From assembly GCA_963816395.1 (NCBI GenBank), contig CAWFKQ010000009.1:304780-368779 (forward strand): DNA of 64,000 bases. The letters run 5' to 3'. The DNA is from an uncultured delta proteobacterium (GTDB lineage: Bacteria; Desulfobacterota; Desulfuromonadia; Desulfuromonadales; JACZKF01). The notes below the pieces were generated by a model that ran no database searches, was not told the origin of the DNA, and worked only from the letters and a program-made list of their open reading frames with translations. Below are positions 35,503 to 47,868 of this stretch, one piece after another. Both the position numbers and the translations under genes were made by a program. Positions within the stretch are counted from its first letter, which is position 1. Each line of letters opens with the position of its first letter.

Positions 35503-36475
35503 AAGGGTGGCTCCATGATTTTCGGCCTCTTCAGCAAAAAAGCCCTTCTCCTTGTAGGGTTCCTGTTCCTCGGGCTGCTCTTCTTCCCCCAGGCGGCGCC
35601 GAGATTCTACATCTACCTCTTTTCTCTGATTCTGGTCACCGGCCTGGCGGCCACCAGTCTCAACCTGGTGCTCGGCTACGGCGGCATGTACCAGTTCCAT
35701 CACGCCGTCTTCTACGGCGCCGGCGCCTACGCGACGGCCCTGATCCTGACCCGGACCGGCCTGCCCGCCTGGGTCGCGTTCCTGGCCGCGCCTCTCGTCG
35801 CCGCCCTGCTCGGCCTGCTGATGGGTCTGATCTGCACGCGGCTGAGCAAGCTGCACTTCGGGATGCTGCAGATCGCTCTCGGTTCCCTCGTCTGGGCCAT
35901 CGTCTATCGCTGGTATTCCTTCACCGGCGGCGACGACGGGATCCACGGCATCCCCGTCCCGGCAGCCATCACCGGGACGACTGCCGCCTATTACGCCATC
36001 CTCGGGGTCACCGCGGTCTGCCTGCTGCTGATGTTCATCGTCGTCAATTCCCCGTTCGGGCGCATTCTCCAGGCGATTCGCGAAAATCCCGACCGCTGCC
36101 GCGCCATCGGGGTCAACGTTACCGCGCACCAGACCGTCGCCATGGTGATCGCCGCCTTCTTCGCCGGCATCGCCGGCGCCCTCTTCCTCCTCCTGGAGGG
36201 GAGCGTTTTTCCGGAACTCCTTTTCTGGTCCCTGTCCCTGGAATTCCTCATCATGTGTCTTCTGGGCGGCTGGTTCACTTTCCTGGGGCCGATGCTCGGC
36301 GCCGCCATCATCGTCACTCTCCGGACCTTCGCCGGCATCTACACCGATTACTGGACGATGGTCCTCGGCCTGCTGATGATGTTCCTGATCCTCTTCCTGC
36401 CGAAAGGCGTCCTCGGCTTCCTCCACGACCTGTTCCGGCCGAAGCCCGGACCGACGCGCTCCCAGGAGAACACGC

Positions 36476-37212
<737 letters not shown>

Positions 37213-37213
<1 letters not shown>

Positions 37214-37911
37214 TGCTGAAAGTGAGCGGCATCCATACCTATTACGGCCTGAGCCATATCCTCTTCGACGTCTCTCTCGCCGTCAACCCGGGAGAGATCG
37301 TCTGCCTGTTGGGGCGCAACGGCGCCGGCAAGAGCACGACCATGAAGAGCATCATGGGGCTCACCCCGCCCAAGGCCGGGAGTATCGCTTTCAAGGGGGA
37401 GACCATCACCGGCAAGCCCGCCTACCAGCTCTGCCGGAAGGGGATCGGCTTCGTTCCGGACGACCGGCGGGTCTTCGCCGATCTGACGGTGGGGGAAAAC
37501 CTCGAGATCTCTGAGCGGCGGCGCCAGGGCAAGGGCGGCTGGGACCGGGAGCGGGTGTACGCCTTCTTTCCCCCCCTGCGCCCCCTCGACGGCCGCCGGG
37601 CGGGGGTGCTCAGCGGCGGCGAGCAGCAGATGCTCACCATCGGCCGGGCGCTGATCACCAATCCGGACCTGCTGCTCCTCGACGAACCGACAGAGGGGCT
37701 GGCGCCGATCATCGTCGAGATGCTCGAGGAGAAGATCCTGCAGCTGAAGGCAACCGGCCTGTCGGTCCTGCTGGCCGAGCAGAGCCAGAAGGTGGCGCTG
37801 CGCCTGAGCGACCGTGCCTACATCATCGACAACGGCCACATCCGCTACCATGGCAGCATCGACGAACTCAGGGAAGACGAAGAAGTCCGTCACCGGTATC
37901 TTCTCCTCTGA
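37213..37911 (+). CDS. livF: ABC ATPase
   Basis: LGRNGAGKST, LSGGEQQML, LDEPTEGLAP. Confidence 0.9.
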
Positions 37912-37921
37912 CAGGAGCACC

Positions 37922-38963
37922 ATGCTCTTTCGTCCGGAAAACCTCAGACAGCTGGCTGCAGACCTCCTGCAGGCCGCCGGCAGCGGCCGGCAGGAGGCGG
38001 AGATCGTCGCCGAACACCTGGTGGCAGGCCAACCTCTGCGGCCACGACAGTCACGGGGTGGGCATGCTTCCCGCCTATCTGCGCAACATCGGGGCGGGGT
38101 TGCTGCGGCCGAATGTCCGGCCGAGTCTGGTCAGAGACGACGGCCATATGCTGCTTTACGACGGTGGGCGGGGGTACGGCCAGGTCGCGGCCAGGGAGGC
38201 CATGGAGGCGGCGCTCGCCCGCGGCCGGGAAACGGGGCTGGTCCTGATGGGGCTGCGCAACGCCTTTCATATCGGCCGGGTCGGCGCCTACGGCGAGCAG
38301 AGCATCGCCGCCGGCCTGGTCTCCCTGCACTTCGTCAGCGTGGTCGATCACCAGCCGCTGGTGGCGCCTTTCGGCGGCCGCAGCGGCCGCTACGGGACCA
38401 ACCCTCTCTGCATCGCCGTGCCGGGCTCGGCGCGGAGCGGTCCTTTGCTCCTCGACATGGCAACCAGCCGGATTCCCGTCGGCAAGGTCCGCGTGGCCCT
38501 GAACCGGGGGGAAGATGCGCCGGAAGGGCTGCTCGACTCCGCCGGCCGCCCCAGCCGGGACCCGGCGGTTCTCTTTCGTGAGCCGCTGGGGGCTCTCACG
38601 CCCTTCGGCGAGCACAAGGGGTACGCCCTGGGTCTGCTGTGCGAGGTGCTGGCCGGGGCGCTGACCGGCGGCGGCACCATTCAGCCCGAGCGGCCCAGGC
38701 GCGGCGGCATCGTCAACCACATGCTGACCATCCTCATCGACCCCGGGCGCTTCTGCGAGCGCCCCGCCCTCGAACAGGAGATCGAAGCCCTGGTCGCCTA
38801 CATCCGGCAGACCCCCGCCGTCGATCCCGAGGTCAGCGTGATGGTCCCGGGCGATCCGGAACGGCGCCATCGCCGGCAGCGGCAGGAAGCCGGCATCCAC
38901 CTCGATGAACTCACCTGGCAGGAGATCACCGAGGCCGCCCGCGGCGTCGGCCTTGCCCTGTAG
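37922..38963 (+). CDS. Ldh_2 family malate/L-lactate/ureidoglycolate dehydrogenase, frameshift near 38025
   Basis: GHDSHG (read in frame), HIGRVG, GTNP, LDMATS, HKGYALGL, PGDPE. Confidence 0.88.
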
Positions 38964-39011
38964 TCCCCCGAACCCCGACGAAAGTTCCGCCGGCCCCTCC
39001 CAGGCGCGCAG

Positions 39012-39494
39012 ATGAACAAAGCAACGCTCCTCGATCTCATCATCCGGCAACTCTCGGCGGATCTGGCCGTGCTCTTCCAGGCCGCGAAGAGCGCGCATGC
39101 CGCTTCGACCCACGAGGAAAGCCTGCCGGACAACAAGTACGACACCCTGGCCCTGGAGGCCTCCTACATCGCCCAGGCCCAGGCCAACCGCGCCCAGGAG
39201 ATCAAGGCGGCACTGGCCAGCTACCGTAGCCTGTCCCTGCGGCATTTCGACGAAGACGCGCCGATACGCCTGACCGCGCTGGTCACCCTCCAGGGGGAGG
39301 ACGGGGCAAGAAAGCTGGTTTTCGTGGGGCCGCAGGCGGGAGGCTTGAAGATCAGGGCGGGCGGCGAGGAGGTGATCCTCATCACGCCGCATTCGCCGGT
39401 CGGCAGGGCGCTGCTCGGGAAAAGCGTCGGCGAGGTGGTCGGGCTGCGCAGCGACGACCTGGAGACCGAGTTCGAGATCGTGGAGGTCCGCTAG
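39012..39494 (+). CDS. GreA/GreB-family protein
   Basis: NKYDTLALEASY, ITPHSPVGRALLGK. Confidence 0.85.
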   Translation: MNKATLLDLIIRQLSADLAVLFQAAKSAHAASTHEESLPDNKYDTLALEASYIAQAQANRAQEIKAALASYRSLSLRHFDEDAPIRLTALVTLQGEDGARKLVFVGPQAGGLKIRAGGEEVILITPHSPVGRALLGKSVGEVVGLRSDDLETEFEIVEVR

Positions 39495-39513
39495 GCCGCA
39501 AGGACGGACCTTC

Positions 39514-40194
39514 TCATTCGCTGGGGACCGGCTCGCGCATCAGCCGCTTGCCGAGGATGCCGAGCCCCAGCACCAGAATTCCGGCGCCCGCGGAGATGCC
39601 GATCAGCAGCCAGGAGACCTCCCCCCGGATCATGGCGCGGTACAGGGCTCCCGCCCCGATCACATAAACCGCGTTCATCGGCATGAAAATCAGCTCCGAC
39701 CACAGCAGATAGCGCCAGAACGAGATCCGCGTCAGCCCCAGGGCGTAGTTGTTGAGGGCAAAGGGGAAGACCGGCATCAGGCGGACAAAGGGGATGGCGA
39801 TCCACTGGTTCCGTTCCGTCATCTGCCGCAGGCGGCGGAAGCTGTCGGTGCCGCCCAGGCGCTGCTCCACCCGCCTGCGCGCCAGATAGCGGGCGATCAG
39901 GAAGCCGGCCGCGGCGGCGAGGGTGGTGGCCGCGGTCATGGTGACGAAACCCCACAGGGCGCCGAACAGAAGGGCGGCGAGGATGGTCAAGGGGGTGCCG
40001 GGGAGCAGAACGAGCGTTGCCGCTACGTACAGCAGCACATAGACGACCGGTCCCCAGTGGCCGAAAGACCAGATCCATCTCTGCAGCGCCTGCAGGTAGG
40101 TGTCGATCCCGATCAGGCGCCCGGCCACGATGAGGACGGCAATAACCAGGACGAGCGCGCTCCAGCGCAGCCGCCGGCGGGTCCGCGCTCTCAT
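39514..40194 (-). CDS. TVP38/TMEM64 (DedA/VTT) membrane protein
   Basis: LPGTPLT, RLMPVFPFALNNYALGLT. Confidence 0.9.
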   Translation of the reverse strand: MRARTRRRLRWSALVLVIAVLIVAGRLIGIDTYLQALQRWIWSFGHWGPVVYVLLYVAATLVLLPGTPLTILAALLFGALWGFVTMTAATTLAAAAGFLIARYLARRRVEQRLGGTDSFRRLRQMTERNQWIAIPFVRLMPVFPFALNNYALGLTRISFWRYLLWSELIFMPMNAVYVIGAGALYRAMIRGEVSWLLIGISAGAGILVLGLGILGKRLMREPVPSE

Positions 40195-40358
40195 TCCGGG
40201 GCCTTCGCCGGCCGAACCGCCGGCTCCCCCTGCCTTCCGGCGCGGTCATGGCGGCAGGCCGCTGGTCCTCTGCTGCCCCTGCCAGTCGAGAAAATCCGGC
40301 ACTGCCGGCGGTCCAGTGTCATTGGCTGTCTCGGGTGCTTGGAAAGGTGACCTTTAAA

Positions 40359-40382
40359 CCTTAAAACGGCAATTAGCCACGG
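40359..40382 (+). repeat. dispersed 24-bp repeat heading a CCACGGATAAAATCCGATAAAATCTGAT element; second copy at 48627-48650
   Basis: CCTTAAAACGGCAATTAGCCACGG is identical at both positions. Confidence 0.8.
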
Positions 40383-40546
40383 ATAAAATCCGATAAAATC
40401 TGATAGATCAACGACATAGTCCTCTTCAGGTCCTAACCTTCTGGTTTGATCCGTGTGCAAATGCTGTTTCTGGTTAAAAGGATAAACCGGCGGCCGGAGG
40501 GTGCAAGGGCCGATGTGGCTGGCGACCCTCGGCAAGCCCGCTGGTC

Positions 40547-41384
40547 TCATCCTCCTGCTGCGGGTTGCGGGATCCCTCCGTAAGCACCCGCCTGAAAGCA
40601 CAGCTTCTGCGTCGCCGCTCCCCACCGCTGGCGTTCCGCAATAAGCCGCAGCAGAAGCATGCCATCGTTGACCAGGCGACCGCCCAGCACGTGAACACCC
40701 CGCGCAAACAGGGGGTCGGGAAAGTATCCCGCCGTAGGCCCCAGCACCGAAATATGTTCGGCAGCGGTGCACTGCTGCAGGACTTCGTCAAGGGTATCGT
40801 TCAACACGGTCGTACTGGTGCAAAGCACTTTATTGCAGGTGTTCAACGCGGTGACATCGAGCGTCACCTGCAGATTCGGGTAACGCTCGATCAGTTGCGC
40901 ATTTTTTTCCACGATGACGAGCTCGGCCCGGCTGTGGCGCATATGCTTGAGCAGCGGCGGGAAAAAGCCGACCATACCCACGCGGTCACCAGCCTCGATA
41001 TTCATCAGTCCGAGGGAGTCGGTGGCGGCGCCGGGTGTGCAGTTCGCCAGACGCATGACATGCTGACAAATGCCGTTGATGGCAGCCAGCCCGAGCATGT
41101 TCTGCAGGGGGTCGGTTCCGCCGAAAGCTTCCGCAAGCTGCTCAGGGCGGGTGCCGATAAACGATTGCGGCTGTAAGGCCCGGTAGCCCTCTGCACTGCT
41201 GCCGGGCAACAGCACATAGCTGATCCCCCCGGCGCCGCTTTCCAGCGCCAGGGCCATAAACTCGCAGTCCTTGGGCTGGCCGCCTGCATGAAAGGGCGGG
41301 AAGACGATCCCGGCCACCTTCGGAATCTGGAAAGCGGGCGGCGAGTCCCAGTGCCATATCCCGTACTTCAGTCATAATACCCAT
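40547..41384 (-). CDS. DUF364-like Rossmann-fold protein, frameshift near 41330
   Basis: GLAAIN, VGMVGFFPP, TSTTVLNDTLD, LGPTA. Confidence 0.8.
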
Positions 41385-41628
41385 CGGTCACAACTCCCTG
41401 AAAATTTCTGGTAAAGATCCAAAGGCGAAGATGCAGTGCCTTAAATAACACGCAAATTACGCGATTCCCAAGTCGATCCATCTATTTTTTTGAAAAGAAA
41501 TCGCTCCTGGAATGGTATATAAGCGGCGAAACAGGGCGATCGGCGGGGTCGAAAGGCCAGCGTAATCACCCCGGCTTTTCTATTATGGGGCGAAAATCCG
41601 CAACCAGCCGCCGCTCCTGCGGTGCCGG

Positions 41629-42587
41629 GTGGGCACGCTAACCAGTGAGAGAAGCCTCGTGCATGATGTGAGACCGAAAACGGCCGAGCGGCAACCGCCG
41701 GATCTCACCCGCCAGGGGGTCCTCTTCGGCCTGGCGGCCTACCTGATCTGGGGATGTTTCCCTCCGTTCTTCAAGGCCCTGGCCGGCGCCGGGCCGCTGG
41801 AGATCGTCGCCCACCGCATCCTCTGGTCTTTTCTCTTTCTGCTCCCGGTGATCGGCTTTCACCGGCAGTACGGCGCCATCCGGCGCACCCTCGGCGACCG
41901 CTCCCTCCTCCTCACCCTCGCCGCCTCCACGCTCCTGATCGCCACCAACTGGCTGGTCTTCATCTACTCCGTGGAACAGGGGGAGGTCCTGCAAGCGAGC
42001 CTCGGCTATTTTCTCAACCCCCTGGTCAGCGTTCTTCTCGGGCTCTTCTTTCTGCGGGAGAGGCTGAATGTCCGGCAGGGGGTCAGCGTCGCCCTGGCCG
42101 CCGCCGCCGTCCTCACCCTGTCGCTCCATCTCGGCCGGGTGCCCTGGATCGCCCTGGTGCTGGCGGTCACCTTCGGCCTCTACGGACTGCTGCGCAAGAT
42201 CGCGCGCATCGACGCTCTCGTCGGACTGACGGTGGAGACGCTCCTGCTCGCCCCCGCCGCCCTCGGCTATATTCGTGTTACCTCCAGGGATCGGGACAAG
42301 GCGCTTTTCTCGCCGGCTCCATCCAGCTGGACCTGCTCCTCCCCCTCTCCGGGGTGGTCACCGCCATCCCCCTCCTGCTCTTCGTCGGCGCTGCCCGCCG
42401 GCTGCGGCTGGCCACCGTCGGCTTCCTCCAGTATCTCACCCCCACCCTGCACTTCGTCTGGGCGGTCGCCGTCTTCGGCGAGCCCTTCTCCCCGTACCAC
42501 CTGCTCAGCTTCTTCCTGATCTGGCTCGGCCTGGCTCTCTACTCCGGCGATGCGGTCTGGCAGGCCCGCGTCGGCCGGAGCCGATGA
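41629..42587 (+). CDS. rarD: RarD-type EamA transporter, frameshift near 42275
   Basis: AYLIWG, HRILWS, NWLVFI, ASLGYFLNPL, GFLQYLTP. Confidence 0.88.
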
Positions 42588-42785
42588 GCGAGATGGCGGC
42601 CGCAACCTGAATCGCCCCGGCAACCAGCTCCCCCCTCCTATTCACTCCTATTCCCAATTCCGTTGTCAAGTGGGGGTCCGGCTGCTCGATCAGCGTCTTG
42701 AGCCCTGGAGTTTGTACTCGCGGACGGCCGGGGTGATAAACTGGAGAGGAGGTTCAGAACCGGAGAGTGCTTGGGGGGTAAATCG

Positions 42786-43340
42786 ATGGAATCGGGTTTG
42801 AACAAGGCCGCGGGAAGCGGGCACAACCACAGGAGATCCGTCAGGCGTCTCCTCCTGGTTCTCGCCACCCTCTTTTTCGCAACGGCGTGCGCCCCGGCCG
42901 TCAGCAGGCAGTCGATGAACCTGGTCGATCAGGCGATCACCTTCCAGGAGTTGGCCCAGAACCCGGACCGCTACACCGGCCGCTATCTTCTCCTCGGCGG
43001 CTCCATCGTCGCCGTGCGCTCCGTCAACGGAAAGGGGAGCGAAATGGAGGTGGTCCAGCACCCCGTCGACGACCGCGGCAGGATATCTTCCACCGACCGC
43101 TCGGCCGGCCGCTTCATCCTCAAGGACGACGCCTTTCGCGATCCGGCCATCTACAGCCCCGGAAAGCTCATCACGGTGGTGGCGCAGGTGGCGGGGAGCC
43201 GGATGGGCCGCATCGGCGAGTTCGATTATCTCTACCCCGTGCTGACCGTGCATGAACTCCGCCTCTGGGGTGCGGAGGATTATCCCGGCGCCAGTCCAAG
43301 TTTTTTCGGCTTCGGTATCGGTGTCGGGATCGGCCTGTGA
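42786..43340 (+). CDS. Slp-family outer membrane lipoprotein
   Basis: Lipobox ATAC; LLGGSI, GRF, DPAIY...G..ITV, YPV; aromatic/Gly C-terminus. Confidence 0.85.
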   Translation: MESGLNKAAGSGHNHRRSVRRLLLVLATLFFATACAPAVSRQSMNLVDQAITFQELAQNPDRYTGRYLLLGGSIVAVRSVNGKGSEMEVVQHPVDDRGRISSTDRSAGRFILKDDAFRDPAIYSPGKLITVVAQVAGSRMGRIGEFDYLYPVLTVHELRLWGAEDYPGASPSFFGFGIGVGIGL

Positions 43341-43431
43341 GCGGGCGGCTCCTGCGGCGGCAGATCCACAACCGGCCGCATGCGAAGGCGCGAAGAGCGC
43401 GAAGTGAAATCCCGCCGGCTCCGCCTCCTTC

Positions 43432-44328
43432 CTACCGGCGCCAGGAGCCGAGGAAAATCCCGAAGAGGATCAGGGCAATCCCCAGGACCTCATGACCGGC
43501 GGTCGGCCGGTTGAAGAGGAGGATATCCCAGATCATGGAGAGGGTCGGCTGCAGCAGCAGGACCAGGCCGGCAACGGTCGCCCGGATGTGGCGCATGGCC
43601 GAGGAGATCAGTGTCCAGCCGAGGGTGGTGCTCACCACCCCGACGCCGATGAGGGCGAAGAGCGAACCCGAATCCGGGATGCGGAAGGAGGCGCCGGTGG
43701 CGGCGGTGACCGTCCCCATGAAACTCATGCAGATCAGGGAGACGACGAGCATGGCGGAGATGCCGTTGCTCCCGGAATGGTTCATCCCCTCCTTGAGAAA
43801 CAGGATGTAGCCCGAGTAAAAGACGGCGGTGCCGAGGCCGAGAAGGATGCCGAGCCGGTAGCCGGCATCGAGTCCCTGCCCATCGACCCCGGTGATCAGC
43901 AGCAGCCCGGCCAGACCCAGCACCACCGCCACCATGAACTGGCCGGTGATCTTCTGCTTCAAAAACAGCCAGGAGAAGAGGGCGGTGAAGAAGACCTGGA
44001 AATTGCCGAGCAGGGTCGCCAGCCCGGGGCCGACCAGGTGGATGCTCCGGTGCCAGCACATGAAGTCGATGCCGAGAAAGAGTCCGCCGGCCGCCAGCAG
44101 CAAACGCCGCCGGTGGGGCATGTGCCAGGGGATGCGGGCGAGGAGAAGCCAGAGCAGCAGCGACACCCCGGAGAAGAGCATCCGGTAAAATCCGGCGCTG
44201 TCCGGGGAGACGTTGGCCAGCTTGATCAGGATCGGCGAAAAACTGATGCAGACCGACCCGGCCAGCAGCCGCAGCAGCGGCAGGTGGGCGGGCGGGGCAG
44301 GATGGGCAGGGGGAGCGCTGGTGGTCAT
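43432..44328 (-). CDS. DMT/EamA family transporter
   Basis: About ten TM segments in a duplicated EamA pattern; LLQP. Confidence 0.88.
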   Translation of the reverse strand: MTTSAPPAHPAPPAHLPLLRLLAGSVCISFSPILIKLANVSPDSAGFYRMLFSGVSLLLWLLLARIPWHMPHRRRLLLAAGGLFLGIDFMCWHRSIHLVGPGLATLLGNFQVFFTALFSWLFLKQKITGQFMVAVVLGLAGLLLITGVDGQGLDAGYRLGILLGLGTAVFYSGYILFLKEGMNHSGSNGISAMLVVSLICMSFMGTVTAATGASFRIPDSGSLFALIGVGVVSTTLGWTLISSAMRHIRATVAGLVLLLQPTLSMIWDILLFNRPTAGHEVLGIALILFGIFLGSWRR

Positions 44329-44508
44329 GGGGCCGATATCCTGCACGAAGGAATTCGTCACCTTAGCAGAGAGCGCTGCCTGGGTAAACACCCAGGGCGA
44401 TCAGGCGGGCCTTAAGACAGGTGACGCGCGGCGTCATGCCTGGCAGGGAATTGCCAGGACAAAAATTGCTTTTCATGGAAGATGCTTGATTTGCCGACTC
44501 TTATTCAA

Positions 44509-44525
44509 TTGGCCTCGTTTTTGCT
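44509..44525 (+). promoter_or_regulatory. candidate sigma-54 promoter for the Pal-like gene
   Basis: TTGGCCTCGTTTTTGCT has exact GG-N10-GC spacing, ~80 bp before the ATG. Confidence 0.4.
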
Positions 44526-44606
44526 GTCAAAGGTAACCATGCCCGGCCGTTCCGTCAGGCCATATTCGATAACTGATCCAATCTCAACAGGAAGGATGGT
44601 AAACAA

Positions 44607-45146
44607 ATGAAAAAATTTCTTGGTCTGCTCCTTGTCGCAACTCTCCTTTTCGCCGGCTGCTCCCAGGAAAGCGGTCATAGAAGATCAGGCGGCCCAGGAC
44701 ATCGCGCCGGCCGTCGCCGAACCGGCACCCCCTGCCGTGGCCGCAACCGACGCACCTGCCGTCGTGCAGGAGGCGCCCGCGCCGGTCGCCGAGGTGCAGA
44801 AGCCGTGGCGGAGCCTGCCGCCACGAAGGTTTTCTTCGCCTTCGATTCGAGCCTGCTGACCCCTGAGAGCAAGGCGGTACTGACGGCCAATTCCCTGTGG
44901 CTGCAGGCCCAGCCGGAGGTCCGGATCGTCATCGAGGGGAATACGGACGAACGCGGCTCCAGCTCTTACAACCTGGCCCTGGGCGAGAAACGGGCGCAGG
45001 CCGCCCGTGACTATCTGGTGAATCTGGGGGTCGCTCCCGACCGGATAGCCTTCATCAGCTACGGCGAAGAGAAGGCCGCCAGGGCTGCCAACGACGAAGC
45101 CATCTGGGCCAAGGACCGGCGGGCGGTAATCGTCAGGAAAGACTGA
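44607..45146 (+). CDS. Pal/OmpA-family peptidoglycan-associated lipoprotein (compensating frameshifts in linker)
   Basis: Lipobox FAGC; VFFAFDSS, IEGNTDERG...YNLALGEKRA, SYGEEK. Confidence 0.88.
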   Translation: MKKFLGLLLVATLLFAGCSQESGHRRSGGPGHRAGRRRTGTPCRGRNRRTCRRAGGARAGRRGAEAVAEPAATKVFFAFDSSLLTPESKAVLTANSLWLQAQPEVRIVIEGNTDERGSSSYNLALGEKRAQAARDYLVNLGVAPDRIAFISYGEEKAARAANDEAIWAKDRRAVIVRKD

Positions 45147-45173
45147 CCACTACAAGCAAAACTGCTGGGCACG

Positions 45174-45211
45174 CGAGAGGGAAGACCGTCTGGTTTTCCC
45201 TCTCGTTTTTT
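45174..45211 (+). terminator. rho-independent terminator
   Basis: CGAGAGGGAAGACC-gtct-GGTTTTCCCTCTCG followed by TTTTTT. Confidence 0.85.
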
Positions 45212-45326
45212 CTCGTTCCTGGTTGAGTGGGGGCGCGGCGCTCCGACCCCGGCGGCGCCCGTTTTTGACAAGAGCGCCTTTTCGATTATGTGTTAAGGAG
45301 AATCTTGACCATGAAGGGGAGGCGCC

Positions 45327-45824
45327 ATGTTCGAAAACGTTGATGTGCAAGAGGCGATCAAGCGCTCGATCCAGACCGAAAAGAACGCCCGCGACTTCTA
45401 CCGTCTGGGTGCCAGACACTTGCGCGACAAGCAGGCCCGCAAAACCTTCGAGCTGTTGGCCGGGGAGGAGGCGGAGCACGCCAGGATGTTCTACGACATC
45501 TACACCGGGGCCGACATCCCCGATTTCGAGGCTTTCATGGCCGTTGACCCGCTGCGGGACTCCGACTGGCTGACCGATCTGGAAAAGGAGCTGATCGAGG
45601 AACTCGACGAGCGGCGGGCCATGGAACTCGCCATGGACAAGGAGCTCAAGCTGGAGGCGGCTCTGCGGACGATGGCCGGCAAGATTCCTGATGAAAAAGT
45701 GCAAGAGGTGTTTCTGAAAAATGCTGAATCGACCCACCAGCATTTCGAGCTGATCGAATCGGAATACGCCCACCTCATGGGGATGGTGCACGAGACGGAC
45801 ATCGATATTTACGTACGTGAATAG
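45327..45824 (+). CDS. ferritin-like / rubrerythrin-family di-iron protein
   Basis: E..A..FY, EEAEH, AMDKE, ESTHQH. Confidence 0.85.
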   Translation: MFENVDVQEAIKRSIQTEKNARDFYRLGARHLRDKQARKTFELLAGEEAEHARMFYDIYTGADIPDFEAFMAVDPLRDSDWLTDLEKELIEELDERRAMELAMDKELKLEAALRTMAGKIPDEKVQEVFLKNAESTHQHFELIESEYAHLMGMVHETDIDIYVRE

Positions 45825-45919
45825 ATGATTTTCCGTACGTCCCGCCTTCTCCGGCAGGATCCAGCGCCGCCCCGGTGACCTGAGGTTTCGTCATGACTGC
45901 CGATGTCGCCACTCTCCCC

Positions 45920-46693
45920 TTAATAGCGGAAGTGCTTGATCTTCTCGCCCTTCTCACCGATTTCGGTCATCGCATCCAGCCCAAGGCGCAAGTGAATGTC
46001 GGCCCACTGGCGGGTCACGGCGAGGTCCGACTCCCCGGTCTTCACCCCCTCCGGGGTGACGGGCAGGTCGGAAACGAGCAGCAGGGCGCCGCGGGAGATG
46101 GCGTTGTGATGGCCGACGATGAAAAGGGTGGCGGTTTCCATATCGATGGCGATGCAGGTCAGCCGGCGCAGCCGCTCGAGAAAGATATGGTCGTGTTCCC
46201 ACAGGCGTCGGTTGGTGGTATAGACCACCCCGGTCCGATAGTCGAACCCCGCGGCCAGAATCTTTTCAGAGACGAACTTGTGCAGCTTGAAGGAGGGGAG
46301 CGCCGGGACTTCCGGGGGGAAGTAGTCGTCGCTCGTCCCCTCACCGCGGATGGCGGCGATGGGAAGGATGAAGTGGCCGATCTCGGTCGACTTCTTCAGG
46401 CCGCCGCACTTGCCGAGAAAGAGCACGCCCTTGGGCTTGGGGGCACTGAGCAGGTCCATGATGGTGGCGGCGTTGGGGGAGCCGATGCCGAAATTGACGA
46501 TCGAAAGCCCCTGGGTGTTGGTCGCGGCCTGCATCGGCCGCCCTTCGCCGCGCAACTCGCAGCCGTAGATCTCCGCGAAGCGCTCGACGTGGTAGCGGTA
46601 GTTGGTGAGGAGGATGTATTCCCCGAAGTCGCGCAGGGACATCCCGGTGTAGCGGGGAAGCCAGTCCCTGGCGATGTGCAGCCGATCGAGCAT
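45920..46693 (-). CDS. amn: AMP nucleosidase (short form)
   Basis: WLPRYTG, FGIGSPNAAT, FLGKCGGL, TTNRR, DMETAT. Confidence 0.9.
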   Translation of the reverse strand: MLDRLHIARDWLPRYTGMSLRDFGEYILLTNYRYHVERFAEIYGCELRGEGRPMQAATNTQGLSIVNFGIGSPNAATIMDLLSAPKPKGVLFLGKCGGLKKSTEIGHFILPIAAIRGEGTSDDYFPPEVPALPSFKLHKFVSEKILAAGFDYRTGVVYTTNRRLWEHDHIFLERLRRLTCIAIDMETATLFIVGHHNAISRGALLLVSDLPVTPEGVKTGESDLAVTRQWADIHLRLGLDAMTEIGEKGEKIKHFRY

Positions 46694-46781
46694 GGTCTTG
46701 AGTCCCAGGCGGAAGAAAGCGGTCCCTTCTTAGGAAAAGATAGCGGAAGCGGGGCGGAGGACAAGGTGAAAACCAAGTCCA

Positions 46782-47120
46782 TCATCCCCCATCCCAGCCA
46801 GTGGCGAGATCGCGGGCCGGAATGGCCTGAGATACCAGGCGATCCTTGGCCGGTCGATTCATGGATTTGATTTCGGCTTCTCTGCTGGAAGCAGAGGATC
46901 GACTGTGGCCCGTTTCAAGGTACACCACCTGTAAAGGCTGCCGCCCCCTGAAATACTTGGCGCCGCGTCCAGCCGAGTGCTGCTGGATGCGTCTTTCGAC
47001 ATTGGTCGTAATCCCCGTATAGAGGGAATTATCCGAGCAGAGGATGATATAGACCTGCCAATTCAGGGCGGGGGAATTTGTAGGCAAGGCAAGGATTCGA
47101 GCCATCTTGGTCTTCGTCAC
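46782..47120 (-). CDS. GIY-YIG nuclease (UPF0213-like)
   Basis: VYIILCSDNSLYTGITT...RR..QH..G.GAKY...RE..IK. Confidence 0.88.
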   Translation of the reverse strand: MTKTKMARILALPTNSPALNWQVYIILCSDNSLYTGITTNVERRIQQHSAGRGAKYFRGRQPLQVVYLETGHSRSSASSREAEIKSMNRPAKDRLVSQAIPARDLATGWDGG

Positions 47121-47199
47121 GCCATTGGAGACATTGAGTCGGGACAGCCTTCCGGTTTGTTACCGAGTTTCGGGATGATTTTGAGCGAAGAGGCGGGAA

Positions 47200-47868
47200 T
47201 TATTCAGCCGGCGCCGGGGCGAGGCACTCCGGCCCTTCATGGCCGACCTTGTTCACGTAGGAGCTGACGGCGGTCAGCAGCAGATCGTCTCCGGGGTACG
47301 GAATCAGCAGGGGCTGGAGCCGGCTCGCATCGGCGCCGGGGTCGAGCCAGAAGGCGAAATCCTCCGGCTGCACGATGACCGGCATCCGGTCGTGCAGGGG
47401 GCTGATCAGCGGGCAGGCATCGGCCGTCAGGATGGCGCACGATTCCACCGCTCGCTCCGGTCCCTCCCACCGCTCCCAGACGGCGGCAAACGCCATCGGC
47501 CGGCCGTCCCGCCGGGAGATGTGGAATGCGAGGCGGTTTTTCCCCGCCTTCTTCCACTCGTAGTAGCCGCTCGCCGGCACCAGGCAGCGCCGGGCGCGAA
47601 AGGCCCGGCGGAAAGCCGGCTTCACCGCCACCGTCTCGCAGCGGGCGTTGATCATCGAATAGCCGATCTTCGGGTCGTCCGCCCACTCCGGGATCAGCCC
47701 CCAGCGCTGCCGCGCCAGAAAGCGCCGGCCGTCGGGGGCGGCGCGGACCACCGGAATCTCCGTGCTTGGGGCAACATTGTATCGCTGCCTCAGGGCCTCG
47801 GCCTCGGGGACCCCGAAGTATTCGATCAGGTCGGCCGGGGTGATGTTCTGGGAAAGGCGTCCGGGCAT
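47200..47868 (-). CDS. SRAP/YedK-family abasic-site processing protein with Pro in place of catalytic Cys2
   Basis: RYNVAP, WGLIP.W, INARCET, GYYEW, HDRMPVI; starts MPGR instead of MCGR. Confidence 0.9.
   Translation of the reverse strand: MPGRLSQNITPADLIEYFGVPEAEALRQRYNVAPSTEIPVVRAAPDGRRFLARQRWGLIPEWADDPKIGYSMINARCETVAVKPAFRRAFRARRCLVPASGYYEWKKAGKNRLAFHISRRDGRPMAFAAVWERWEGPERAVESCAILTADACPLISPLHDRMPVIVQPEDFAFWLDPGADASRLQPLLIPYPGDDLLLTAVSSYVNKVGHEGPECLAPAPAE

Noticed and set aside
44441..44455. Sigma-54 promoter TGGCAGGGAATTGC
   Set aside because: GG to GC spacing is 9 nt, not the required 10.
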